Part shown: in pieces, positions 12,601-26,683 of the stretch | Numbering within the stretch: position 1 is the first letter of the stretch | How the letters are laid out: each line of letters starts with the position of its first letter | Position numbers and translations under genes: made by a program | Notes under the pieces: generated by a model | What the model was told of the DNA's origin: nothing | The model's input: the letters and a program-made list of their open reading frames with translations, nothing else | Databases searched by the model: none | Assembly (NCBI GenBank): GCA_002633005.1 | Contig: NMRA01000232.1 | Location: 546,866-610,865 of the forward strand | Length of the DNA: 64,000 nt | Origin: Phoronis australis | Lineage: Eukaryota; Animalia; Phoronida | Direction of reading: 5' to 3'

Positions 12601-13508
12601 TTGTCGTGAAACGGACCCCTTGGCATTTAATTTGAGAAAAAATCAAGGGGTGGGCTACATCCGAGCATGGGCGTTTAAAGTAAAAACTTTGGGGTTTGTA
12701 GTTAAAAATTTGGAAATATTACAGGTCAGTAGAGTAAGTGTGAAGCCAGACAAGTAGGGTATAGTACTAAGTGGTCACAGCCCCACTTGCCAATGTCTAA
12801 ACACTTAAAAATGGTTGGAAACAGTCACCTTAGATACAAAACATAACACAGAATGAAAATAGCATGTGAACATGGTACAAGTAGCCTTTCAACACTACTA
12901 TGTTTCATAAGATCTCACCTAAAACTCAAGTCACTCAGAGCCCTGTAAACAACAGTTATCTGAGGCTGTCTGCATAGAATTAACAAATTTAGGGTTTCAT
13001 TCTAGCAAACTGAATTATACTCAACAATATTTGACCAAATAACAGGTTCCAATAAACAGAGAGGTGTATAACAAAACAGCACACAAATCCAAAACTAATG
13101 CATAACAGATTCAACTGTACGATAAATCCAAGTCCAGATGTACGTGTCATAAAACCTACCTTTAGTCTCAAGTCTCACCTAATGAGGCCCTACTGGGGTC
13201 AGTTTTAATGTAAAAACTCTACCAGGGTCCATGTATAGACAACAAATTTCACCACAGACATTATGAGAGGGCCATAATAATTACTTCAAAAAAATAACAA
13301 ATAAGTGAGATCGTATCTTCTTGGTGATCATCGGTGGCAGGGTAATACTTCTGCTCAAAATTAAAAGCACAACAGGACAGACATGTCAAATCTCCAGTGG
13401 CACAGACCTGTTCAAAATTGGATTGGCTATCCCCAGACTTGGATTCTGTATGAGCAGTGAGCTTTCCCACAAGTACATGCTTGCTGGGATTCTGTTGCCC
13501 CCTCCCCC

Positions 13509-16500
13509 CTAACTAGACCTGCATCCCACACGACTCTCCCTACCCATTGCCCTCTCCTCTTCGTCCCCCCCTTCCATCACACTACTGATCCTGTAGCCCA
13601 TGTTCATTAGCATAACCTCCAGGGGGTCAGCGTTCATTCTCTTCTGATTGGCTGATGCTGCATCGTCCGAGTCATCCACTTCACGCTCATCCTTTTGACC
13701 ATCCTGTAAGCAAATGAATCTTCAGTCAGTTAAAGTTGCACTTCATTTCCAAATACTGGTTTCAATATGAAAACTAATTAATTTATGTGCTCGATCAGAC
13801 ACTTAAAAATGAATGCCAACAATAATTTTAAAGTCAGACTCGCTCTTTTAATTTATTACATACATATAATCTTCTGTCTAATGAGTATAAATTTTATCTT
13901 AACTATGCATCTGGCAGTAAAAACTTTTTGTTCTTGCATGAATGTGAATGTTTAAAAAAGTCAGGAATTTCAAACTGGTGTCTTTATGTCCAACTGCATT
14001 GCTAGAGAAACAAACCTCAGGCCTTGGGCTCCACAGCCTGACAACCGGGTCAATGCCACTGGTGGCTAACAGACAGTAAGTAGGGTGTGGCTGTAGGCAG
14101 TTGACAATGGACTCATCACCACGTAACACTCTCACTATGTTGGTTGTGCTTCTTTCCCATATGTAGAACGAACCATCATCAGAACCAGCCACGATGTACT
14201 GCCCATTGCTGCAGCAAAACAAATATTAACTAAAGATTGATGGAGATTCCATTCAGCCCATAGTATAGCACAGACCTATGACTGATTTCTGTCAGTGATT
14301 CTAACACACACCACCAGGAGCAGCAGAAGCATGAAAAATTTCAGTTAACACCAAAACATATCCCAAATGTTGCATTTAAGACCTCTTTAATGTGGTCTTT
14401 AAGCAAGGCAGACTGTTTTCATGACTTGGCGTGAAGAAGAAAGGAAAGCAAAAGAAAACATTCAGTACCTTCTTTCTTGGCACAAGTAATAATAATAATA
14501 CGTGATTATCTGCAATCATTGTAATATACATGGTACTAGTGATAGCAGTCCTGGTAATGCCTAGTAAGTACAATGTATGATGCAGACATTGATTCGTACC
14601 TTCCAAAGAAGTTAGCTTCCTTTATGTCCGTCGTGGTATTACAATGTCCACATAGTCTGAGTTCATAGTCTCTACAACACTTCCTCCAAGCCTTCTCTTG
14701 ATCTGATGTAACTGAGCTCTTTGACGGAACACTGGTCCTGGATGACTTTGATTCCTTTTTGTTTTCTGCTCAAAAACCAAGGATTCTTTAAGTAAATATT
14801 CAACTCGCGTTTGACAATTCTGAATAAGATTATGTGGGATCCTAGACAGATGGCCAAATTTGGACACGGCTTACTGAATTTAAACGGAACTTTCAAATAC
14901 TATGATTTATACACTGTTCTCCAAAATACTTATGGAATTGTTTTCGGAATGACATTCTTTTGCAGGAGTGACTATAAAAAAATAAGACTTTCATAATTTT
15001 TACAAAAAGCATAAAATGAAAAGAAATAATTTCAATTAGAAATAAGTTAACTGTTACATTTTTTATACTTCATCTTGAACATTTAAACCAAACACAATTT
15101 GGTCATGTTATTGATGGTGTTGTCTAGCTGTGAATATATGTTTTTTGCTAATTTTTACATAACCCAATCAATGGCTGAATGGCATAAAGTCAAAAATGAA
15201 AATTATACAGGCTTCTAACTTTCAGAAAATACATTACTTTTACTGAGAAAAAATTTATAGTTTTGCAGTAATTCGACTGAATGCACAGACCTGTCAATAA
15301 GGCCGTACATTATTACAACTGTCAGAAAACTGTCATTAACTTATTAATACATTGCCTCAAAGAGACAGTCTGTGATGTCAGATTAGATGAGTTGATATCG
15401 ACGCATTCATTTGCAATCTTCCAGATATCAAATACTAACAGTCTTCTTGATCACGTGCACAAACAAATAGGTAGCATGCAAACTAGCTCAGTATTCTCAA
15501 AAAAGACCTGGAAATCCAGCCATGATGGCTGGGTGAAAGCTGAATTCATCATCAGCGCTGTCTTCCCTCACGACTGGACATTAAGGGGAATGAACTGTAA
15601 AGTACTTAGTAAGATGGCTAAGTCATTCCGTAATTAGAATGTTGCCACCGTAATAGTTATGGTCAATCATTTTTCCCATTAACAGAATTAGCCATCATGC
15701 TGGGAAACCCTACTTTTTCTGATTACTTTCATCTTGTAGTGTACCTATCTGACATAAAAAATCAAAGTTATCTCATACTGGCTGAACAATGTAATCTCTA
15801 ACAATGCTGTTACTTAAGCAACACAGTCAGAAGAATCAAATAAATTATACGACAAAAATGTAATGACAAAACAAGGTCCTTCATTTGAATGATACTTATA
15901 TCTGGTACATCCAGCACAGAAATTGATTCTTCCATCCTATGGATTCAAAGTGTTTGGGAGCATTCCGAATGTGGGGAGTATTATTCAAATGTGACAGAAG
16001 AGAGCCCTTCTGAACACTGTTCACATGATGTCATATCTCCTGTTCCCAGCCTTTTGTTTGAACCAAAGTGTTACACTGGGAAGTTTCGATTTGATTTTAA
16101 TAGATGATCCATGTTTTGTGCCATAACCTATTCAGCATCTGTTGCAGGTACTCCAATCAAAAAGTAATCTACTAGTTTCTTACCTTCCTCAGTTCTTGCA
16201 TAGAGAGCTGCTTTGATATCTCTGTCCAGCCCTTCACAAGCCTGGCTGGTGGCATAGTCAGGGAATTTACTCTTGAAGTACTGAAGACACTCGTAAGCTT
16301 CGTCAGTCCAGGAGAGCTCGTAGAGACACCTGGAGAGCCGGAAGTGAGCCTTCAAGTGATTTGGGTCTAACTTGATGGCCTCGTGGCAATCGCGCAAAGC
16401 TGAGTAGACATCACCATCCCTGAAACGGAGGATGCTAATTGCATTTAGTTAACTGATGTTAGGTTTCGAAAAACGGTTGACGAAATTCTTTTTTTCCAAA

Positions 16501-19500
16501 AAAGACAAATTTTTGAGGCAAAAAATATCCAGCTCAGCTTCAAATGATTTATTCTATAAGTAACATTAATTTCCTTTTGGGTTTTCACCATAACTTTGAC
16601 AGAGCTATAGCAGACAAATTTCGCAGAATATCGTCAATTTTTTAAAAACTAAATAACGTACAATTGGTTTAATGCGATGGACTAGATATTGGTCAGTTGC
16701 AAAGAAACTGCATCCAGAGCGGCAGTATTTTCAAAGGAAGAATTGGGCACAATAAATGCAAGAGCTTAAAAATCAGTTTCCAAAATGGCTCTTTGCACAT
16801 GTCACAAATTTGAATTTAAGTGTTGAACATAGGAGTGTAAATTAATAGAGGCAAGATTGCCAGGCTCTATTTTTCCCACAAATACCAGTTAAGCTTATAT
16901 TCTTCCGATGTCAAAGAACAATGAACAATAATTTTGAAAATTCTATCAAATATCATATCAAATTAAAATTTCAAACATAAACTGGCATACATAAAACAGC
17001 AAACTTATTACCATCCTCTCTTCATGTATGCAGCAGCCCTGTTACCATACAACACGGGGGCATCTGAAACCATGGCGATTGCCTTGTTGTAGTAGGTTAT
17101 TGCATGGGTGTAGTGCTCTTTCTCAAACTCGCCATTGGCCTTCTGCTTCAAGGCTTGCACAAAAGGGGGCAGTGGCTTACACTCGTACTTGTGCCTGAAA
17201 GAAAAGGCAAATGTTTTACAATTCTAAGTTAAATCAACTTAAATCTACCAGGTTTTTTGAGTCAGACAGATCTTGCATTACTTTTTGATGCTATGTAAGT
17301 TTGCCAATAAACCTCTCTGAAAAGTCTACCACACAATTGGTGTCGCTAGTGAAGTCGTTTACAGGAATATTGGTGCATGACTTTGTGAACAATATGGCCA
17401 AATACACCATGGTTAGCAAACTGCAATATTTATAATGTCTAGTGTGTCTCCGATCACTGCAGCTAAACAAGGCAACAAAAATTTAGCGTCGCAAGACATT
17501 GTCACATTTGTTACAAGCATAAAAATCAATTAACAACATTTTAGAAGAAAAAATTCACCCAAAACTAGTATTTGTTTAATATTCAGCGTACTAAATGCAT
17601 GGAGATGACAAGTCAAAACACACCTGGCCCTAAGTGGTTTTATTCGTGGCAGATTATGTGCACGTCTGATAATTACAGAGAGATCAACTAACCCCGGATT
17701 TGATTACTAACAGGATCAGTCTATTGCCTTTCAATTAAGTGCAAATTAATGGCACTCTTAAAACTACCATTTGTTCTAGGTGTATAAAATAAAAGACTTT
17801 CAACATACTGAGTTCAGTCAGTGCCTCACAAACATGAAATATTACTAAAAAGGCATTAGTTGAGATGATCACAGCACTATGCAAGTGGTTAAAAGATTAA
17901 GAAATGCACAATGGCACAGACTGGGAGATTGGGAGGGGGGTGGTGTGTCACTGAGTAAAGACAGCAAGGAAAGAGTGTGCAACCACTGCTGTCTGTACAC
18001 AACCTTTTGCGTTTCTGTTTGCTATCCTTCTCAGGATCACCCACTGTAGTTTGAGCAGCTGCCTGTAGGTGGCGGCTGACCCCGTTGGTGATGCCATTCG
18101 TTACGCCATTAGATGTCCCGCTCTTTGGCACGCTGAAGCCATTACTTCCTGTACTTACGACAGGCTTTTCTACAAGAAATGTAAAAAAACTAAGTGAATA
18201 CAATATTGCTATCACACTCAGAGACTGTCTGTGATCATCACTGAAAGCAAAATAACTATAAATTGGCAGATCCCCTCCCCTTCATAATGAATAGTTTAAA
18301 AGTTCATTTTCCCACTTCAGTTCTGCACAATCTTGTACTGGGTTGTTTAGGTGGGAAAGAAGGATGTTATTTTGACCAGTCCTCCATCTAAATTCCCAGG
18401 TATAAGGTCAAACCGCAAATCAAGTCATTTTTGACATTACCGTTGTACAGTTTAGTATGAATTCAAGACAAGTGTCTATGATTGTGTACTTGAGTATATT
18501 GCAGCTTAATCAGATTAGGTATTAGTCGACGTTTGCACTTCATGATCCCCGCAATTGAGCTACAGAACTGAGTTCAAACTCGAGATCTCAAGTTAAGATT
18601 CAAACTGATATCTGGGGTCATTAAGTGCAAACTAGGATTATTAGACATTCATCCACATTAACCACAGTGTACTCAAGCACAGCAGTATTAAACACTTATT
18701 TTATATTGAATTTCTTAGTGAAGTGGAACAAGAAGTATCTAAAATATATTGGAGTTCGTGCTCCAGTTCAGAGATAGGATTCTGAGCCCGAGAGAGAGAG
18801 AAGGGAGGGAGGCTCGGAGGGTAGGAAGGAGGGTGGCAGGGAGGGAGGGGGGAGAGGGGAGGTCAGGTTTTTAGCCCCTTAGCTTGGTCAAAGTTTGTGT
18901 ATTATGGGTATATCTGTTATGTTGTGTATATAAAACAAAAAATGGTTTCATGTGTCTAGTGCAATGGGCCTGACAGAGGAGCCTGAGCACAACTGCCGCA
19001 ACACGTATCACACCACCTGCACTATTTTTCTGTAAATCCTACTCACCATCTTTGGTTGCCAATTCACTACTACTCTTCTGCTCAACAGGAATGTCCAGTT
19101 TAACTTTAGGATATCTTGACCTGTTGACATCGAACAAGTAGATCTGTTCGCCACCCAGGTTCACAAGCAGCTCAGCACCATTGGGACTGAACGTTAAGTA
19201 GGTAGATGCAAGGGTGCGATAACGTTTCTTGAAGTCTTGCTGCTTCTGTGGCAAGTGAGCTGCAAGATATCAAGCATTAGGAGATGGAGGGACTAAATTG
19301 TCCCCCTTAGACTCATCATGTAGAAATTTTAAGGTCATATTTTCATGTGGATCTAATAAGAATTTTTGTGTAAAGAAAAGTGGGATGAATAATTATCTCT
19401 GTAATATCTTTTAAAAAAATAAAAGAAAAAAAATCATCAGACAACAAAATCACTAAATAATTTTCAAAGGAGAAAATATAGCTTTGAACTGAATTTCGTA

Positions 19501-22500
19501 CTGAATATGATGTCGCTGCGACCTTGAAAAGGGCACCTGGAGATGGCACATCCACACCTTGATGTAAAATATGATAATTATCCTTTGAGGTGTCGCGACA
19601 ACATTTACTAATCTTGATTTGCTTGCTGTGACCTTAAGGATGAGCTCAAGATCATTAAATCCAACTCGCTTTTAGAACTGCCTCACATTACAAAATATGA
19701 ACAAAATCTTAAAGTTCCTTCCTGAGATATTTCACCAACAATAATTTTCCAACTAAGTCAAAGCTTGACTTCCTTGTCACAATCTTCAAAATGGGGTCAA
19801 GGGCATCAAAATCAACTGGCATCTGGATACCTATCTACACCTTGGTTGAACTATGAATGTACCGGTAATCTATCTTCTCGAGACTTTAAACTGTGTGACA
19901 CATTTTGATACTGGCTTAAAATCCTTGAATACCGATACATACCTTGTGAGTTAGCCACTCCAATTAAATCAATAAAATCATAAATCAGTGTTTGTCTAGC
20001 TTTTATTAATATAATTGAAGACAAATTGATAGAGACGCCAGAATAATAATCCATGGAAAACAACTAGAATTCACTTGGAGAAAACAGATACAATACAATT
20101 TGTCAGATACAATACGATTTGCCAGATACAAACTCCTCTAGTACACCACCCAGTCCAGGTACATATTCTGAAGACACAGCGCCCCCTATTATTAACATTC
20201 CCACAATCCTTGCTTCAAGCAGTCATGACACCCCAAATCCCATTAACAGACTAATCAAGACCCACAACATCCCCCATACTAACCAGGTACATAGTACTGC
20301 ACTGCGTCCTGTGGTATTGCAAACTCCTCAGGTGAACAGAACTCTGTCAGTAGGTTCTGACGTTCCCATGGAGTTCTGAAAGAGAAATACCTAATCAGAG
20401 ATTAATAAACCAAGGGACTCCAGTCGAAATCTACTACAAGGTCTTTCAGACAAGGAACAAATTACCCACAAAGCCTTAAAGCACTTCCCCAATCATTCTG
20501 CTGTACACTTAAATTTAAATGTACATTATTCATCTGTTCAGGTTGTGATGTGTTACAATTATAACAGTTTGCACTCTTTGTTCCCAAATCCCCAAACACA
20601 TTTTGTGGTTGGCAACATTAAGGTCCCAACCTTCCTGGATGGTTCAAGGTAAACAGCTGAAAAAGGGATGGGAACTAGCATGGAATGATCATCACTAGCA
20701 GTATTTGTAAATCCATTGATTATAAGACGTGTTGCCATTACCTTCCCCCATTCGATTCTCCAGGGAAATTGATACTTTTGCAGGACAGCATCCGTCTGTC
20801 ATACAGGCGAACATAAGCATCATTAGCACCCACGGCCATCTGTTCAGGTCTGAGAGGATTAATGGCCAAACATTTGGCCTCAGCATATGAGCCTGCATGG
20901 GCCTTCAAATTGACTAGAACATTTCGGGGATTAGCACTGTTGGCGTCTTCTGGACAACGGATATCAAACTGCCTGCAAGTATTAGGCACAAGTGTTTAAT
21001 AAGTCAAGTACATTTATAAGCAAAATTACAAGCAAATGAAAAAAATTTCTAAACTGTGCATGAAAACTCAGCAAGGCAAAGCTCAATAAAATATGGTTGA
21101 CATTAACAACGTAATATAATTCCATTCCATCAAAAGAAGACACTCATAGGGTTAAAAAGCATGAATAGTGTTTAATGTAACATGGAGAAAAAAACATTGT
21201 GACAGAAAGCACTAAATTTTCTTACATGATTGGTCATTCAATACTTGTAAAACAAATGTTTGTTGGATATTTACTATTAAGGTAATAGCAAGTGAATAGA
21301 ATTCAAGATGCTCGAGTGACAAGAAAGGAACCTAATGATCATGGCGCAAAACACGTTGGATACATTATTACAGAGATGTTATTATTTTTAAAACACTCAC
21401 CTAGTGTGACATTTCTTGCAGGTCAAAACAAGACACAAGAGGCAACGTATTAACTTATTCATGAAAAGATGTCATAACTGGAGACAGAGAAGCCACACTA
21501 TGCACTAACCAAACAACAAAATGTTTTAGATTTTGGGATCATGTTACAATGCCTCATTTTAAAAAGTCAGTTATCTTAAAGTGGAACTTGCACGCTAATT
21601 CTTTATCTCTGTGATTGCTTGGTCAAGCTAGTTAGAAACACAACATATAGCGAAGATGTGAATATAAGGTAGGTTGAAAATTGCCATATGTTTTTAAGAA
21701 GGAGTTTTGCGTAGAAAATGATCGACCATGTCCAGTAAGTATCGTGACATGATGTTGGGGAATAACACTGCATGATGCAGGCTATGTGAGACCCCAAGGT
21801 ACGTCATTAGTGCAAATGTCACTTATTTGGAAATTATTTTTGTTTTCACATTTACAGGTCGTCAATGAATAGAACACTGTTGCATTTTATTTAGTATTAG
21901 ATGATCATCAGATGGCATTGCCGTTCAGTTCCTGCTATTTTCATTTAACATAGTTAGGAACATGCAAATGTATCTTTAACGTGAATTTTGGCTTGACGGT
22001 AAATAAAAGATTTTTGCAACTTACATTATAGTTCCATCTTCTGCGGAACTCCAAAACATATTTGGTAAGGTAGGTGATACTGCAAGCCGTTTCACTCGAC
22101 CAGCATGACAGCCAAACATGTGGGTAGTCTCCTTGACTGACAGATCATGCACGCAAATCTTACAATCTGCAGCACCAGTGACCACTGTATTGTCATTAGT
22201 GTAAGGCAGGAACTGGAAAGAACAGAAACAGCAAATGTATGGTGAAGTAAAAGTTTTGATTGAAAACATCCTTTTACACTTGGTTGTACACATTTGGTCA
22301 CTTAATGATACATTAGTAGTTGCATTCTGCACTGCTTAGCTGGCTAAGAATCAAAAATCAAATAATAGGCATTTCATTCTTCTAAACTAGGCTTGCTCTC
22401 AAGTTTTTGATCTATCCACATGTATTCAGCAGCCTGTAGCACACCCTTGACAAGGAGCGCATCGCTCGATACATGGGGATATTTTAATATATTTTAGTAC

Positions 22501-25500
22501 CCACCTTCGTCATTTCAGTTTTAATAGTTTTACTATTTCAACTTTTCTGTAAGACTTGTTTGCTGTTGCCAATAACAACATATAAACTGTACCTCAACCG
22601 GTCAGAAAAAGGCATAGCCCAGAAAATGGTCTTCAAGTTTTAATTGGGGTTGGCCAACCATGAAATTCAAAAATGGGGAGCAGGGCAATTTGCATAGAAA
22701 ATAGGTCAGTCAGGTGTTCATGCATACAAGACTGAAGACCCCAGTTGACCTACTTAGTGAGTTGTAATGTTTTGTTCGCGTGACCAGAATTAAGTGTATT
22801 TCATGAAGATAGCGTAGATCTCAACATCAGGAGATCCCTCGACAAGTACTCTGTACTGCTGGCTCATGTGTAACACTTAGAATTTCACATACTGGCTCAT
22901 ACCGCACTCATCCAGTGTTGCTTAGTAAGCAAGCCGAATTTTGTGAAACACAGCTGAGTACTTACAAAAAACAACAGAACACTTTTTACTATTTCAGTCT
23001 GTGGTCAGCCTCAGAATCATGGCGGAGTGCATAATTCAACATGACTGAGATGCAATCTTAACGACTTCATGGACTGGACAGTTATTATCACCGATTTGTG
23101 TAGGCTAGTATATTGAAACAGCAAAAACGAAACAAACCTCTCGATTCGTTAGGCAAATCTTATCTTAACGCCATTAGCTCAACGGGTATGGGCATAAAAT
23201 TGCATGCAATTTGATGAACAAAAACAGATTTGCTCAGAATTTTAAACCATCTGACTACTCACTATACTCAGTGTGGTCTATCATGACAAAATGGCACATG
23301 ATGACAGAAATTTCTTGCCTTGGAGAACATATGATGTCATAGAAAAATAATATGAGGAATTGACCCAATGTCGCAGTCCATCACTCTATTATTTGCTTTC
23401 TAAATAAGATGTAGCCATCATAATTTCTTGGAGCTACCACAAGGAAAAACTTTGAATTCACATTTTCCCAGTCGGTAACATGGTTGCGAACAGCGCAATG
23501 GTCTGTGATGGCCTATCTGTTCACAGATTGTATGTATTGAGTTATTGTATGCCTGTCTCGTCTATGTTCACCAAGATGGGGATTCAAGCCAGCACATTTT
23601 CACATGGAATGTTACAGATAAACAACCCGGGTATGGTCCCAGGGCACCACTTGTCCTTAGAATGGACCAGCACCCTATGCAAAGTAAATAGCAGATTCAA
23701 AGCCGCATCAGTGGTATGTTCCTGGAAAATATGCAAGTACTGTTCCAAAGTTCCTTGACACAGGGGGAGATGAAATTATCCAGTGAAATACTTTGAGTGT
23801 TCATTAGTGACATGTAATTATCATAATAACTTGGTCACTGACCTCAAAGCTGAAAATTGACTGGTTACGGCACATCCAAGCCATACATGTACATCTCTTC
23901 ATCAACGTTTAACACCATTTTGACAAAATCCCCCGAAAAAAATATCTCATCACAATCAAAATGGCCATCCAGAAATCAACTGGTAATGGTGAAGCTTCCC
24001 ATATCCCCGTGCATCAAGAATCATCAAAATATGTCTAAGAAGATAATCAGTTCAGTTGTCAAATAGGGCATCCAATAATCAACTGCATGGCGGTGCATTC
24101 CTACCAAAGACCTCTGCATCAAATTCATTTAAAATCTGTTAAGTCTTCTTGACAATAATCAACAAACAAGCTGCAATAACTTGTAAAAAAGTAGGCAACT
24201 AAATCCATTTCGCAATTCCTAGATTTTATGAATTAATTTTATCAAGGAACCACACATAATCGCACATTATGAGAATTCAAACTTCCATGTAACAACAGTG
24301 GATTGCATTAATGTTAAAAATGAGCACTCTACCTTGACAGAAAATATATTGCCGTTGTGGTTTGTCCTCATGGAGGTAAGCTGTCGGTGAGTGAATGGGT
24401 CCCACAGTATTACCTGAACATCGTCAGAGCCACTGGCCAGAATGGTGCCTCTCTGGTTCCATTCTAGGCAGTTGACACAACCGCTGTGACCCTAGAAAAA
24501 CACAATAAATAAGTTCTTCACTGCACTTATTATGAAGTAAATCAATGGTGACTGATGTGTGAAAGGCAAACCAAGATCTTTGGTTCCATCTTTCGAATGA
24601 GAAATGATGACTTTTCTATGCTAATCACTCTTTCATCCTCTTCAAATATAAAGAAAATATGATAAAGAAAATAATAACAGTTGCTATGATTACAGAACCA
24701 CATATTAATAAACTGTTTGTCAGAACATTTTGTCATAACAAACTACAGCCCGTTTCAAACCCGCACATCAAAAAGGCCTTCTGATCGAGACATGAAAAAC
24801 TAAGACAGAAAAAATCAAATGTTCAGATGTGCGCAGAACGGCATCGCAATTCAGCTCAGTCTGCAAAAGGTCTCCTGTATGGACCGGATGTAGAAGTCAC
24901 CTTACAACAAAACAGTGTGTTTTTGTCCCACTATGCAAGACTAGAATAAATGTCTATTTAAGACAACAATGAAAGCATTTTATTATAAACACCCTCTCTT
25001 GTACACAACATTGATTGAAGACACATCAGCCTATTGTTACTGATCAGCACAACATTACTCTATGAAAGGCTGCATGAATTGTACTATAATTATAAACAGG
25101 TTGTAATGAGACAACACTGTCCTGTATTCAACCAATTTTAAGGCAACAATCAAAGAAACACTGTCAATTCTTACAGTGAATCAATTATGCATTTCAGAAA
25201 TCCAATCTTGGAAAATGAACCTTTTCTTGAAATTCCTTGACAATAATAACTATAAATAAAGCAGCCATCACAAAAAACAGCTTTCGATTTGGGCAACTTA
25301 CTGTTATGAAACTGGTCTAAAATTGTTCCTTAGTTATCAGACTAGAGAGAATTCGGGACTTCAAAAGAAGAGACCCTTTGTTATTGTTCAAGGCCAGGCT
25401 TGACAAACTGGCATGTCATGGCACGTATTTTCTGAACCGAACATGGTCTCAAGGAATAAAAAAACTTTCATCTCCGTTCTTCACAAACCCAGAACTCGCT

Positions 25501-26683
25501 TATCATCTGGGTAAGGAACAAGCTGAGACCAACTTTATAAGGGTAAGTGGTCTAAATCAAAAGTTAGATTCTTTGAAGGAATGCGAGTTTGTAGACATTT
25601 TTAGTCAGTTGTAGGCATGGACTGTACAGCATTGTTGTCAACAACTCGAAGCAAATAAGACTCAATTTTCAATACACTTAAAAATGTAAATTTAAGAAAT
25701 TATTCACTCTCAATTTGAAAATTATTTACCTTAAAAAATCAGAAACTATTAAGAAATAGCACCATTTGACAGCATTACCTCTAATTCACACTCCAAACCA
25801 ATGCGCCTCACAAGGCTAGATGTCACATGGTGATGCCGTTGGTAAGATATACCCAAACCATCCTGAAACGGTGATACGAATTAAAGTCATGTAGAGCACC
25901 ATCCACATAATCATTAAAAACCTTGGAAGAAACATCCATTGAGGATCATTTCCATCTTTCAATAAATTATTATACACCAATCAAACAGTTATTTGCAAAA
26001 TGGCCACCGAACAATCTACTCAGAAACAAACATCTGCATGAGCTACCCATATCTACGAACATGTGACAGTGAAAAGTTCCTTATTTTGCTCAAGGTCGGA
26101 GTTGTACCAAATTTATACGCAACATTCGCCATCCTATTGTTCATTTACCTTGATATTATGTAGTATGGGAAGCTGTAGCAGTGGCTGTTTTTTGATGATT
26201 TATGAACTGTCAAGTCTATTTTCATAGAAACCTCTTTGAAACAAAAGGCAGAAATGAGATCAACACCAAGATCAACCATGTCCCAAAGATATGCAGAATC
26301 AAGATTTTGGGGTCCAAAATATTAGATATTGTTTCAAACTGAAGTCATTACAATAAAACATTTTCGACTTAAATGTTATGATATCTTAATAGGTAAAAGT
26401 GGAGTAAATTGTATTGAGGCCCTCATCAAAATGGCAGCCGTTTTCACTGAATAACGACAATGTCCCTTATTCAGTGAAACTGGTTCCCAATCGCCATTTT
26501 GAAGAACTAAGGACCCGTTTACTCCAGTTTTACTTCTTAATGGACACTGACATCAACATTTGAGCATAAAAACTTCAAATGAGATTTAAATTTACAACCA
26601 AAATTTAACCCAATTTTATGTAAAATACACACCACAGACTCTCTCCAATGGGAATCTCTTACTAAGTTATTAAGAGAATACAT
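13509..26683 (-). CDS. WDTC1: WD and tetratricopeptide repeats protein 1 (adipose/DCAF9), ~718 aa, 13 coding exons
   Basis: Exons in transcript order: 26633-26683, 25779-25862, 24333-24491, 22025-22212, 20742-20972, 20284-20375, 19047-19259, 18004-18169, 17012-17194, 16184-16419, 14600-14765, 14016-14208, 13509-13703. All are GT-AG with consistent phases. Peptides GHSGCVNCLEWN...SGSDD, HAGRVKRLAV, TYLTFSPNGAELLVNLGGEQIYLFD, TPR LYGNRAAAYMKRGWDGD and HLKAHFRLSRCL, GHCNTTTDIKEANFFGSNGQYIVAGSDDG and ANQKRMNADPLEVML are diagnostic of WDTC1. Confidence 0.95.
14879..15275. repeat. Interspersed AT-rich DNA-transposon-like repeat; related copy near 33900-34270
   Basis: Shared blocks include AACATTTA....AAACA..ATTTGGTCATGTTATTGA and TACAGGCTT..CT..CT.TCAGAAA. 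The copy begins at TTAAA. Boundaries are approximate. Confidence 0.5.
18459..18711. repeat. Foldback (palindromic) MITE-like element in a WDTC1 intron
   Basis: Nested inverted arms: AAGTGT/ACACTT, TGTACTTGAGTATA/TGTACTCAAGCACA and GTTTGCACTTCATGATCCC/GGGGTCATTAAGTGCAAAC. Confidence 0.65.
21576..21979. mobile_element. TTAA-flanked non-autonomous DNA transposon (Kolobok-like); second copy at ~38530-38906
   Basis: Ends are TTAAAG...CTTTAA. About 370 bp is co-linear with 38530-38906, e.g. CTCTGTGATTGCTTG, GACCATGTCCAGTAAGTATCGTGAC and GTACGTCATTAGTGCAAA. The superfamily is inferred from the TTAA ends only. Confidence 0.7.
26386..26540. repeat. TTAA-bounded palindromic mini-element in WDTC1 intron 1
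   Basis: Inverted arms GTAAAAGTGGAGTAAA/TTTACTCCAGTTTTAC, TCAAAATGGC/GCCATTTTGA and TTTCACTGAATAA/TTATTCAGTGAAA. Confidence 0.7.
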
